DNA from: Eledone cirrhosa
Taxonomy: Eukaryota
Assembly: GCA_964016885.1 (NCBI GenBank)
Contig: OZ024740.1
Location: 99,386,001-99,450,000, forward strand
Length of the DNA stretch: 64,000 bases
Reading direction: 5' to 3'
Of this stretch, positions 36,590 to 50,308 are shown one piece after another. Both the position numbers and the translations under genes were made by a program. The first letter of the stretch is position 1; the number at the start of each line of letters is the position of its first letter. Below the pieces are notes generated by a model that saw nothing but the letters and a program-made list of their open reading frames with translations, ran no database searches and was not told the DNA's origin.

Positions 36590-37500
36590 ATGACAAATAA
36601 CAATAAACATGAAGAAAACTCAGAATGACCGGGCAAGGTAAAGGAGGCCTATCCTCTGCAACAAAGATGTAATATCAGATACAACCAAACAGTGAACTGC
36701 AAACGATATGTGAGTATGATACAATACCATTTTAAACAATGATACTACATGAAAAATCCCATGGTATCCAACAACACCAGAGACTTTGGAGTAATTATCA
36801 ATAAATTAAGTTTGAGTATTCATGGAAATGGCCCACAGGATGTTTCTTGGATTCTTAGTACTTTCACGTTTAGAGATATTCACGTCATTATTCTTCACTT
36901 CTATTCTGTTGCCTAGCGTTAGACTGATACTCTTGTTCCCCACTCTGACCTCCCCACACGAAACAAATTTGTTTACTACTGAAGCAACATAGAAGTCAAT
37001 TACAAAAACGATAGATGGCACGACAGGCCATGGCTATTGGAGTTGACTAGAAAACTAAAACTCTACTCTCTGTCAATGCCAAACTTAGTGCTACATCAAC
37101 TGTATGATATAGAAAACATTCCGTCAGCATTGAGCAGATGATGTTGGCATCAAATTAAAAATACATCCAAGTCTTGGTCCCTGTGCTATCTGTCCACTAC
37201 AAAAGTAGACCTTGAATCTCACAATAACATTGTGGCAGAACTATTTCATCTCAAGTAGTTCTGCTTTCTTTCATATCATACTAAAATATATTTAAACAGA
37301 AACAGAACATGAAACTCAAAAGGTACCTGAATAACTTCCACCAAGAAATTCCGAATAAAAACCCCAAACATGGATATGTCTCTTGAAATAATAACTCATT
37401 AAGGAGTGAGCAACGGTGAACAAAATATGACTGGTTTTATACTATTAAGTTAGACATCGAACGAGCCAATAAAGGCCGAAACCTATCAAAGTTATCAAAG
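36590..37500 (+). mobile_element. Old degraded 3' part of the CR1-group LINE
   Basis: Similar to the reverse complement of 23355-24300; ends CTATTAAGTTAGACAT...ATCAAAGTTATCAAAG then (TA)n. Confidence 0.8.
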
Positions 37501-37593
<93 letters not shown>

Positions 37594-37647
37594 TATATAT
37601 ATATACACATGTATATACATTTATATTCCTATATATATACATACTTT

Positions 37648-37683
<36 letters not shown>

Positions 37684-38054
37684 GCTGGAGCATTGAATAA
37701 GTTGAAATTCTTTAAAAAATCATACCCTCTATATCTTTGGCTTTTTACTAAAGATAGTTATAAATAATAACTTAGAAAATTGGGCCAAATATTCCTATAG
37801 ACGGGAAAAGCTGGCAAGCAACCACTAAGTATTGAACTCTAATACTCTCAATTTCGGGCTAAAGAGTATGCAGTTCGACACTTTGTAAGGGTTGGTGGCC
37901 CCATTTTCCTTTCTGTTGTTTTATTTTACCTGATTTTCTAGGATATTTTTTATTGCAATTAACTTTGGTTACAGTTAAATTCTTTAATTGAGATTTCTAT
38001 ATTTTCTAAGATTTCATACACAGCCACACATATATATATATACATATATAGAGC

Positions 38055-38086
<32 letters not shown>

Positions 38087-38123
38087 CATATGTAGAGACA
38101 TATATATATATAGTGAGAGAGAG

Positions 38124-38204
<81 letters not shown>

Positions 38205-38312
38205 CATACATATATACATACATACATACAAACATACATATGGATACATATACATATGTATACAAATACATATATATACACATACATATATATATATACA
38301 TATATATATACA

Positions 38313-39935
38313 TACCAGGAAGAGGCACCACTGATGCCCTCTTTCTTGTGAGGCAGTTACAGAAAAAGTACCTAGCTAAAGGTAAGCCACTCTACCTGGC
38401 ATTCGTCGATCTCTAGAAAGCCTTTGACAGAGTTCCACGTGCTATAATCTGGTGGGCTCTTAGAAAACTAGGAGTAGATGAATGGCTTGTGAAAGCTGTA
38501 CAAGCCATGTATAGGGGAGCAGTCAGCAAAGTTAGGATTAGCAATGTGTATAGCGAGGAATTTAGCGTACAGGTTGGCGTCCACCAGGGCTCTGTTATTA
38601 GCCCTCTCCTGTTCATCATAGTCCTGCAGGAAATAACGGAGGAGTTTAAGACCGGATGCCCATGGGAACTCCTGTATGCAGATGACCTTGCACATATAGC
38701 TGAATCTATGGTAGAACAAGAGAAGAAATTCCAAACTTGGGAGCAGGGACTAGCAAGAAAGTGTCTCAAAGTCAACATGACAAAGACTAAGGTCCTTGTA
38801 AGTAGACTAGAAAACAGAACCCAGATCCCCCCAGGGAAATGGCCTTGTTCAGTATGTAGGAAAGGTGTAGGTAGGAACTCCATTCTCTGCCCCAAATGCA
38901 AACAATGGGTACACAAGAGATGTAGCGGGATCTCAGGAAGCTTAATTAAGAATGTAGGCTTCACATGTAGCAGTTGTGCTGGGACAGCAAGCAGCAAACA
39001 GCCACAGGAAACAAGTACCACCAATCTCTGCGAGGGCTCGGTAGAAACAGGAAACAGCTTCTGCTACCTAGGTGACCGAATTAGCAGCGGAGGTGGGTGT
39101 TCGGAAAGTACAATATCTAGGGTAACAACGGGATGGAAGAAGTTCAGGGAACTGCTAGCTGCAAAAGGCTTTTCCCTCAAAATGAAAGGCAGACTGTATG
39201 ATGCGTGGATACGAACATCAATGTTACATGGTAGCAAGACCTGGGCGCTGAAGGTGGAAGACTTACGTAGATTAGAGAGAAACGAAGCCTGCATGTTCCG
39301 ATGGATGTTTAATAGTAATATACGCGAATGGTAAATCATAAATGAATTAAGAGAGAGACTGAGCATAAGAGGAATGAAATGTTGTGTGCAGGAGAGGCGG
39401 TTGCGTTGGTATGGACATGTGATGCGTATGAAGGATAACAGCTGCATAAAAAGGTGCAGAGCACTAGCAGTCAATGGAAACCGCAGAGTGGGGAGACCCA
39501 AGAAGATCTGGGATGAGGTGATAAAAGCCGACCTTACCCAATTACACCTCTCAAAGGCGATGACACACGACCATGACCTCTGGCGTCACGGAGTAATACA
39601 GAGTACCCGACCTCACATGGGTACAAGCTGAAGCATATAGACAATATGCCCACACACCGTCCCACTGCAAAGTGGTCGTGGAGGTACCATGGCAAAAAAG
39701 CACCCAGCCCACACTATAAATTGGACGTGTAGGCGGCACGGAAAAAACCCCCCCACCACTCACTGTAAATGAGGTTGGTGTTAGGAAGGGCATCCAGCTG
39801 TAGAAATAAAGCCAAAATCAGTTCCTGTATGAGCAAGGCATGGACAGCCGATCAGACACTGCCTACAACAGGAGAACCCATCTAACCCATGCAAGCATGG
39901 AAGAACGGACGTAAAACGGTGATGATGATGATGAC
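38313..39935 (+). mobile_element. 5'-truncated RTE-clade LINE with PHD-like finger inside RT; 3' UTR ending in (GAT)n
   Basis: DL*KAFDRV, GVHQGSVISPLLF, LLYADD, ERRLRWYGHVMR, GRPKKIW; in-frame stops at ~38414 and ~39332. Confidence 0.9.
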
Positions 39936-40700
39936 GATATATATATACATACATACATATATATAATTACTTATATATACATGCATACATATATATATAC
40001 ATGCATATATATATACATACATACATATATATACATACATACCTATATATATATATATATATATACATACATATATATATATACATACATATATACATGC
40101 GTATATATACATACATATATGTATACATACATATATATATATACATATATGTATACATACATATATATATATATACATACATATATATACATACACATAT
40201 ATATATACATATACATATATATATATATATACATTTATATATATATACATATATATATACATACATATGTATACATATATACATATATATATAGATACAC
40301 ATATATATACATACATATATATATATACACACATATATATATATACATACATATATATATATACACATATATATACATATACACACATATATATATATAC
40401 ATATATATTCACATACATATATATATACACATACGTATATATATACACACACATATATATACACACACATATATATATATACACACATATATATATACAT
40501 ATATATATACACATACATATATATATACACACATATATATACATATATATATACATATGCAGATATACATATATATGTGCATACATACATATATATGCAT
40601 ACATACATACACATACATATATATATATATTTATACATACATACTATATAAAAACATATCTATATATATATACATACTTATACATACATACATATATATA
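39936..40700. repeat. (TA)n/(TACA)n tract
   Basis: Visible directly. Confidence 0.95.
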
Positions 40701-41081
40701 TCATCATCATTTTACGTCCGCTTTTCCCTGCTTGCAAGGGTCGGACGGGAGCTGATTCTGGCTTGATTTCAACAGCTGGATACCCTTCCTCACACCAACC
40801 TCATTTACAGTGAGTGCTGGGTGCTTTTTCCCGTGGTGCCTACACGTCCACTTTACAGTGTGGGCTGGGTGCTGTTTTGCCCTGGCACCTACACGACCAC
40901 TTTACAGTTGAATGATAGGGACCCCAGTTCTTATCATCTCATTTCTACAGCTGAGTAAACTGGAGTAATGTGAAATAAAGTGTCTTGCTCAAGGAAACAA
41001 CACATCACCCGGTCTGAGAATTGAACACTCAACCTTTTGATTGCAAGACCAATGTTCTAACCTCTAAGCCATGTGCCTCCA
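40701..41081 (-). mobile_element. Second copy of the tRNA-head/RTE-tail SINE
   Basis: Closely similar to 27197-27540. Confidence 0.85.
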
Positions 41082-41094
41082 TATATATACATGC

Positions 41095-41125
<31 letters not shown>

Positions 41126-41220
41126 CATATATATATACATACATATATTCATACATACATATATACATACATAGATATATACATACATACATATATACAT
41201 ACATACATCGTTCCATTACT

Positions 41221-41800
41221 ATTTGAACACATATATGTATATGTCTGTGTTCGTTTTTCTTCTTTTTTGTTCAGTTATACTATACGGCTCGGAAAAACCT
41301 CTTTCCTAGACTAATTTACTGTAATGAGACTATTTTGAATTACTAACTCAATACATGCCTTTGATATATTCGGCTCCGTTAATTTGTCAAGCTAATTCAA
41401 ATGTCGAGTAAACCCCGCTGCTATTTTCAGTGGCGTGAGTCTGCGAGACACCCTAAGTACGGGAACCATGTGCGTTACATATATACACACTATCCAGTTT
41501 TTTGTTATATTTAGAACTGATCAGGATACTAATAATTCTTCACCCGCTGATGAACTACGATTTTGGTATTCCTCTTCACAAATAATATTGCGAACAGTAC
41601 TATCAAAACTGTCCGGGTGATCGGTAGTTACCACAATTCTGGTTTCTATTTATTTTTCTTGATTTATTCTTATATTGAGTCTAGCAAACCCTATTGTCTG
41701 TAGTTAGTATTCTTTTCACCTTAGTGATTCTGATGCATTACGATTTGTACACATATATGTATATGTCTGTGTTCGTTTTTCTTTTTTGTCAGTTATACAT
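41221..41800 (+). mobile_element. pLTR-like unit with ~55-bp terminal direct repeats and HHR-like motif (41541-41619)
   Basis: ATTTG(A/T)ACACATATATGTATATGTCTGTGTTCG at 41221 and ~41743; CACCCG-CTGATGA...GAA-CAGT..ACTG-TC-CGGGTG. Confidence 0.5.
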
Positions 41801-41813
41801 ACATATATATATA

Positions 41814-42421
41814 TGCTGGCTGCCAACATGTTTTCGAGTACGGCTACTACTTTATATCCATGTAGGAAAACCCCTACCGATGCGCTGAACGAGTGTGACT
41901 TTTTAGTCCAGCCAGCGACCTGAAAACTCTGGTACAAACACTACACCTGTGACAATTATTGAAACATAGTGCTGGGCCCTTGGTACCATGTGACGACAAG
42001 TGAAGAGAGATCTCCAGATATAAAGCAATGCCTGTGCCGTGAAGCTTTTATAGTGAGCAAATGCACTGAACAAAGCCAGTCCCACTCTCTTAACCAAGAT
42101 GATATTTACCAAAAAGAAGAACAAGCAACATCATTGGATACCATCAGGGTTGCAGGTGTTATATCAGAGTTTTCCTTCTCCTAGTATTCTGCCTTGACAA
42201 AGGCTAAAGGGTCATCTCTCCCGGTGATTTTGGATGGCCATTGACTCTTAAGAGCTCCTTTGCCCTTTGACCGGTTTTGTGTTTAGTCCTGCAGGATGTC
42301 CACAGTCACCCTCCTCACCAAGGAACCTTGGTGGGGTTGTCAGTTTAGTCGCCAACGACCCGACAATGGGACAGGTTGTACTGGGATACATGTTACCAGT
42401 AGCACCAACTGGTGACCTGAC
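41814..42421 (-). mobile_element. RTE-derived ~610-bp non-autonomous element (apparently full length)
   Basis: Same ends as 46468-47076; 5' GTCAGGTCAC; 3' C2H2 remnant; flanked by TA. Confidence 0.75.
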
Positions 42422-42637
42422 ATATATATATACATACATACATACATATATATATATACACACATACATACATATATATATATGTATATATATGTACGTA
42501 TGTATGTATGTATGTATGTATAAAATATTTTTATCTCGATTGGTAAGGCAATATTTCTTACTTTCTTTCTTTCTTTCCTTCCATACTAGAATGCCAACTA
42601 TAGATTGTCTGTTAACATTGTGTTTTCTTCAATTTTC

Positions 42638-42684
<47 letters not shown>

Positions 42685-42692
42685 TATGTATG

Positions 42693-42749
<57 letters not shown>

Positions 42750-42897
42750 ATAAGTGTGTATATGTATATATATGTATATATCTATATCTAAATGTATGTA
42801 TATGTATACATATATATATATATATATGTATAAGTACATATATTTATATACATATATATATATATGTATATCTATATATATATATGTATATGTGCAC

Positions 42898-42980
<83 letters not shown>

Positions 42981-42983
<3 letters not shown>

Positions 42984-43945
42984 TATTTACGTATCGCAGC
43001 AACAATGATTTGCTTACCGTGGGAAATGGATGGAACTGCGACAGAGATTGCAACTGCCGCGACAGGGGACGCTGCCACCTTAGAGGATACTGCTTGACTG
43101 ATAGGATTATATATAGATGCACTGTAACTAGCCACAATAGCGTTACATATTATATAGGGGCCACCTCCAGCCCGTTCAAAATTAGGTTTCGAACACATCT
43201 CCACTCTTTCACAAATAAGAAATTAAGATACTCCACTTCGCTCGCGGACTACATCACATCATTAAAGGATTTAAACATCAGCTTATCCACGCATAGGGAT
43301 ATTTTCGGCAGGGCTGCACCGTACAACTTCAAGAGGAGGTGCGATCTTTGCCTCATGGAACTCTATCACATCATAACTGCACCCCACGAGCTCATCAACA
43401 GCAGAGCTGCAACAGCGAGAAGTTGATCACATCGCTTAAAAATATCCTTCTTCAGATGAGTTAAGGATGAGGAGTGAAACCGTGTACCGGATCTCCCTGC
43501 AACAAGTTTTAACACTCTGGCGGGCAGGCGCTGCAAAGTAACACCCAGGAAACTAACCATGCATACCAGACCCAGCTTCAAACGACCCAGGTAAACAGGT
43601 GCGGAAAAACAAACGTCTCAAAATAAGCGTGGATTACATGACACTGTGCGCATCGACAATTTGTAACCACATCTTGTAACGGATAAAAAATTTGTCCGGG
43701 AAAGACTGCCCTAACACCGGCCAGAGTTACCTCCCTCGACCTGCTGCAAAATCGAAACACGCTATTTCTGCGAGTAATGTATTTTGACGTGAACATAACC
43801 CCCAAAACTCTTTCCGAGCGATGTAAGGAATACTTTTTGATTATTTATGCCCTTGAGAAGCCCAACTGGGCGAAACGTACGTAGGTGCTGTTTTAAATAA
43901 ACATGTTTTAACGGTCTATTCTCCGATTTCTTACTTTTCCACGTA
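42981..43945 (+). mobile_element. Truncated Naiad-type PLE (GIY-YIG, 3' UTR, HHR at 43849-43888)
   Basis: [41 protein letters not shown]; inverted relative to 44402-45200. Confidence 0.85.
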
Positions 43946-44029
43946 TATATATATATATGATATATAGGATATTAGAGGGATATTTTCTTGATTTATTCTT
44001 AAATTGAGTCTAATATATTGATATATATG

Positions 44030-44255
44030 ATATTAGAGGGAGCTAGAGCAAAGTGCCCTCCTGCGGTCATGGTTCTCATTGACTTTAGGAAGGCGTTTGA
44101 TTCTGTGGATCCTCACTGCCTGATGGAGATCTTACAGGCTTATGGAATCCCCAAGAAGATAGTGGACCAAAGCCCAAGTCATTACACCTGATGGGATGAC
44201 ACAGTTCTTTGAGATACTGGCTGGAGTGCTCCAGGGAGAGACATTGGCTCCCTAT
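44030..44255 (+). mobile_element. Non-LTR (RTE-type) RT fragment
   Basis: [10 protein letters not shown]...AYGIP...[14 protein letters not shown]. Confidence 0.75.
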
Positions 44256-44366
44256 ATGTATGTATATGTATATATATATGTATCTATCTATATATGTATG
44301 TATATATATATATATATATATGTATGTATATGTATATATATATATGTATCTATCAATATATGTATG

Positions 44367-44401
<35 letters not shown>

Positions 44402-44403
<2 letters not shown>

Positions 44404-46245
44404 GAAAGTGAAAAATCGGAGAATAGACCGTTAAAACATGTTTATTTAAAATATCACCTACGTACGTTTCGCCCAGTTGGGCTTCTCAAGGGCATAAACA
44501 ATCACAAGTGTTGCTTATATAGTTCGGAAAGAGTTTTGGGGGTTAAATCCACATCAAGATTCATTGCTCGCAAAAATATCTTGTTTTGATTTTGCAGCAG
44601 GTCAAGGGAGGTAACTTTGGCCGGTGTTAGGGCAGTCTTTCCCGGATAATTTTTGGTATGCAGGGATTGTTTTCTGGGTGTTATTTTGCTGCGACTGCCC
44701 GCCGGGGTGTTAAGACTTGTTGCAGGGAGATCCAGTGTGCTATTTCACTCTTCATTCTTAACCCATCTAAGGAAGGATATTTTTAAGCGATGTGTACAAC
44801 TTATCGCTGTTTCAGCTCTGCTGTTGATGAGCTCGTGGGGTGCAGTTATGATGTGGTAGAGCTCCATGAGGCAAAGATCGCATTTCCTCTTGAAGTTGTA
44901 CGGTGCAGCCCTGTCGACAATCTCCCAGTGCGTGGAGAAGCTAATGTTTAAGTCCTTTAGTGATGTGATGTAGTCCGCGAGCGAGGTGGAGTGCCTAGTT
45001 TTCTATTTGTGAAAGAGTGGAGATGTGTTCGAAACCCAATTTTGAACGGGCCGGAGGTGGCCCCTATATAATGTTTAACGCTATTGTGGCTAGTAATAGT
45101 GCATCTATATATAGCCCTATCGGTCAAGCAGTATCCTCTAAGGGGGCACCGTCCTCTGTCGCGGCAGTTGCAATTTCTGTCGCTGTTCCGTCTATTTTCC
45201 ACGATAAGGCTATCATTGTTGCTGCCTACGTTGCCAGCTGCGCTACCTCAGCTGTCGTTAGCACAATTACAAACCACAGCACGCGGGATGGTGCGATTGT
45301 TATTCCGCACGCCATGTTTTGCATGCTCCTCAGTCACCTGGGATCATTCTGGTTGCGTCTGCGGATGCCGTTGCCAACACTATTGGATGCTGTCAGGGAG
45401 TTGTTAGGGCCGATACAGTTATTGTCAGGTGTAGGTGCGTCTGCGTCGAGGTGCTGTGTCTTGGTGATCTTACTGTGGTTCGTTGTTCCTATGATGTCTG
45501 CTACGTTAGGAGTAGTAGAGAAGGATATTTTTATATTGTTCCTATTAAGAATTTTTCTATACCTATGGTTGGGTGGGAAGTTCTTCTCTAAGGCTTCGAA
45601 GAATATCCGGGGTATGTTGGAGGCCACACTTCGAGAGTAGGGGGGGGTGGAACGATAGGACGTTACGGTGGCGATTACGTGTCCTTGTACTTTTGCTACG
45701 GGTGGTTCCATCTAAGTGATCGCTCTTATGTGTGTTAATGCGCTGTCGCCCGTTCGGTGCCCCTTTCACTTTATGCTCGGGTGCACTCTTTCTACCACTT
45801 CCATGTTTATGTACACGAAGATGTTGGTTGGAAGGCGTTGGTAGTAGGCCGTCGCCTTTGTTGGTTTTGTAATAGGGGAATAGTTTGAGTAATCTACAGT
45901 ATTCACCGTCGCCGGGGACGTGATCTTTGGTGCGGTTATCTATTCTATTATATCCGACTTTAACGAGGTCGCCGCGTGATCGGTTATAGGTATGGCTTAC
46001 TATAACGTTAGTTTTATGAGTGGGGTGGTTTCTAGAGCTAGCGTTAGGGATGTAGGAAATTCCTCGATTAAAGCCGGCGCTTATCAGGGCCCTATTGTAG
46101 TAATCAGCCGCTTAGTTGAAGATATCCTCATTGGCGGATAGCCTCGAGATTCTATGTGAGATACTATAGACTATGGAGTTGAGAGTCTGCTTAGGGTAGT
46201 TGGAAGCATAATTAATATAAGAGAGGCACTCTCCAGGCTTATGGT
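44402..46245 (-). mobile_element. 5'-truncated Naiad-type PLE (RT thumb, linker, GIY-YIG, pLTR with HHR at ~44455-44493)
   Basis: Minus strand [17 protein letters not shown]...RISRLSANEDIF; PPYSRSVASNI...FPPNHRYRKILNRNNIKISFS; [17 protein letters not shown]. Confidence 0.85.
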
Positions 46246-46339
46246 ATGGCTTGTATATGTGTGTATGTATATGTATATATATATCTAACTATATATGTAT
46301 ATATATATCTGTATGTATGTGTATATATATATCTGTATG

Positions 46340-46413
<74 letters not shown>

Positions 46414-46467
46414 TATATACATACATAAATACAAGCATACATATATACATACATATATATATATACA

Positions 46468-47076
46468 TGGTGGCTGCCAACTCGCTTTCGAGTACGGCCA
46501 CTACTTTATATCCATGTAGGAGAACCCCTACCAATGCGCTGAACGAGTGTGACTTTTTAGTCCAGCCAGCGACTTGAAAACTCTGGTACAAACACTACAC
46601 TTGTGACAATTATTGACACATAGTGCTGGGCCCATGGTACCATGTGACGACAAGTGCAGAGAGATCTCCATATATAAAGCAATGCCTGTGCCGTGAAGCT
46701 TTTATAGTGAGCAAAGGCACTGCACAAAGCCAGTCCCACTCTCTTAACCAAGATGATATTTACCAAAAAGAAGAACAAGTCAACATCATTGGATACCATC
46801 AGAGTTGCAGGTGTTATATCAGAGTTTTCCTTCTCCTAGAATTCTGCCTTGACAAAGGCTAAGGGGTCATCTCTCCCGGTGATTTTGGATGGCCATTGAC
46901 TCTTAAGAGCTCCTTTGCCCTTTGACAGGTTTTGTTTTTAGTCCTGCAGGATGTCCAAAGTCACCCTCCTCACCAAGAAACCTTGGTGGGGTTGCCAGTT
47001 TAGTCGCCAACGACCCGACCATGAGACAGGTTGTACTGGGATACATGTTACCAGTAGCACCAACTAGTGACCTGAC
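46468..47076 (-). mobile_element. RTE-derived ~610-bp non-autonomous element (partial + strand copy at ~47508-47660)
   Basis: High similarity to 41814-42421. Confidence 0.75.
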
Positions 47077-47421
47077 ATAAATACATATATATACATACAT
47101 ATATACATACGTACATACATATATATACATACATGCATATACATACATATACATATACATATACATACATATACATATACATATACATACATATATATAT
47201 ACATACATATATATATACATACATACATACACATACATACATACATATACATACATATATACATATACGTATATGTATGTATGTATATATGTATGTTTAT
47301 GTATATATGTATGTATATGTATGTATGTATGTGTATGTATATATATGTATGTATATATATGTATGTGTATGTATGTAGGTAAATATATGTATGTATGTAT
47401 ATATGTATGTGTATATGTATG

Positions 47422-47464
<43 letters not shown>

Positions 47465-47890
47465 GTATGTATATATATGTATGTATGTATATATGTATGT
47501 ATATAAGATGACACCTTAGCCTTTGTCAAGGCAGAATTCTAGGAGAAGGAAAACTCTGATATAGCACCTGCAACCCTGATGGTATCCAATGATGTTGACT
47601 TGTTCTTCTTTTTGGTAAATATCATCTTAGTTAAGCGAGTGTGACTGACTTTGTGAAGTGCATGAGTGGAACAGCAACATCACAACTTACAATTAAGGAC
47701 AAAATGAAAACACACACCCACATAGAACAAACCTGTAACATGTAAATAAACAAATAAATAAACGAATATAAACACACACAGGCACCCGGATCTGGCGCAT
47801 GCGCAGACTGAGCACACAACACCCACACAGAAACAAGATGGCGTAGGACAGAACAAAGGAGAGGCACAAAAACAAAGAAAATAATCCCCA

Positions 47891-47933
47891 GTCACTGAAG
47901 AGGTCACAGAATGTGTGACGAAAGAACTTTGAC
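47891..47933 (+). ncRNA. Minimal type I hammerhead ribozyme in a solo pLTR (~47670-48140)
   Basis: GTCA-CTGAAGA-GGTCACAGAATGTGTGAC-GAAA-GAAC-TT-TGAC; downstream ATGACCCTCC...AAGTATAA end resembles ~9940-10010. Confidence 0.8.
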
Positions 47934-48196
47934 AATATATAAACAACCATCTGGTTGTGGAACCAACCAACCAACCGGAAATTTATAAATTCCTAAATGT
48001 ATAAATTTATTATAATAAATTGAAGTGAAAACAACAGGTGCATGTGTTTCTTATTGGCAACATGACCCTCCAAAAGTATAATAATATCGGTTTCAACACA
48101 CGTTTTCAGATAAAGAATCTTGCTAAACAAATTCAGAAACGAAATATATATATATATATACATATAGCTATATATATACATATACATACATATATA

Positions 48197-48262
<66 letters not shown>

Positions 48263-48295
48263 TATATATATATACATATAGCTATATATATACAT

Positions 48296-48352
<57 letters not shown>

Positions 48353-48369
48353 CACATACATATACATAC

Positions 48370-48444
<75 letters not shown>

Positions 48445-49004
48445 ATAAAGGAAAATTGAAGAAAACACAATGTTAACAGACAATGTATAGTTGGCATTCT
48501 AGTATGGAAGGAAAGAAAGAAAGTAAGAAATATTGCCTTACTGATCGAGATAAAAATATTTTGCTGGTGGAAGGAAATTGAAGCTGCGAAGAGGAAATTG
48601 ATAGAAAAAAAATTAAAAATTAAAAAAAAAATGATTTGGAAATAATGTCCTCTTGTAACAGGCACATTCCATTTCACCTTTTCCCCTTTCTCCTCATTTC
48701 CCCAATCATCAACAAAATATATTGCTTCATCAATAAATTGCAATAAGATAGAGACAAGATGGATATAAGCTAGATTGGTCCCAGACATGCATTGTAAGTA
48801 AATAGTTATTATGAATTTCACAAACTAATGAGGACAGTAGATAGAATGACAGAGATAGATGGACAGCAGAGTAAAGACAGATAAAGATAGATGGATTGAT
48901 GCATAAGCAAGCAGACAATGTTAACACCTTAAAAAAAGTGCTGATGGTGTGATAGAGGGCATTGATAATAATATTATATGTGATATTGAGAATAGAAAAA
49001 TTAA

Positions 49005-49006
<2 letters not shown>

Positions 49007-49068
<62 letters not shown>

Positions 49069-49100
49069 TGTTGTAGTAGTAGTAGGAGTAGTAGTAGTAA
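49007..49100. repeat. (TAG)n microsatellite
   Basis: Visible directly; source of the poly-S/V/L/T ORFs. Confidence 0.95.
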
Positions 49101-49630
49101 TGATAATGATAACAATAATTATTATTTCTTTTATTGGCCACAAAGCTGAATGATATAGGGAACAATAACTATGCTGCTGCTGTTACAACTACTACTTATA
49201 ATATAATAATAATATGGCGATTGTAAGTAAACATACATATACTCTATTGATTAAATTGCAAAAAATACAAAGAAAATAGTAAGTATAAATTTAAAAAAAA
49301 TAAAAAATAAAGGAAATTGGTGAATGGAAGAATATTATTTTTAAGAAATGATAAGTTTCAACAGAGTTACTATTAAGTAGAATCATGACAGTTAAAAAAA
49401 AAAACAATTGATCAAAACTAATAAAAAAATGTGCAAAAATAAATATGTAATAAATGACCTTAGATTGCTTCAGGACAACCAACCAACCGAAGACCATCTT
49501 AGCCACCACCATGTTTATTTCGAAATAGACATAATAGTTTCATATATATATATATATATAAACATATATATACATTTATATATTTATATATATGTGTGTG
49601 TGTGTGTGTATATATATATGTGTGTGTGTG

Positions 49631-49667
<37 letters not shown>

Positions 49668-50308
49668 CAATGGGAGAATGATGTATGCTGACCCATCAGT
49701 TTTGGCAAGCAGCAGTTTAGTTAAGTTGTGTTTATTGAAAAAGTTATGATTATCTGAAAAAGGATTATGAAATCGAGCCTTATATCATTATACTTTCTGT
49801 TTTTCTATGAAATATATTCATGGTGAAAATTTATATTGAATTTTGTTGACAAATGCTCTCACTGAATTGTTATGTCATATTTTGAACAGAATAGAATGCG
49901 TATGTACTTACGTACACACAAACAAAGTATGAGTAAATGAATGATAATAAAATAGTATAGTTATTACGAAGCATTGTGAGATATGTAATAATGATATATA
50001 TACACTAGTCACCATCATCATTTTTAACAGCCTTTTCCCTATTCGCAAATACACACACAAACGCACACACATAATACTGATCTCTCTCTCTCTCTCGCAT
50101 ATATTTATCATCATCATCATTTTACGTCTGCTTTTCCCTGCTTATATATGTGTGTGTGTGTGTGTGTGTATACATACACAGATAGGAAAAAGAAAAGTCA
50201 GAAAAATGGATATATATTTTACAGTTATATTGAAAATATTATATTTTGTGCAAAGTAATTTAACAAAGGTCCTAATATGATAATACATACACATACAATA
50301 ATTCATAA

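Noticed and set aside
43424-43426. TGA at a conserved Cys of the Naiad C-terminus (possible selenocysteine, as in selenoprotein-encoding Naiads)
   Set aside because: The sister copy (~44790) has TGT, the other Cys codons are normal and no SECIS was identified; most likely a mutation
48730-49153. Poly-T/L/S/V ORFs
   Set aside because: Translation of the (TAG)n microsatellite
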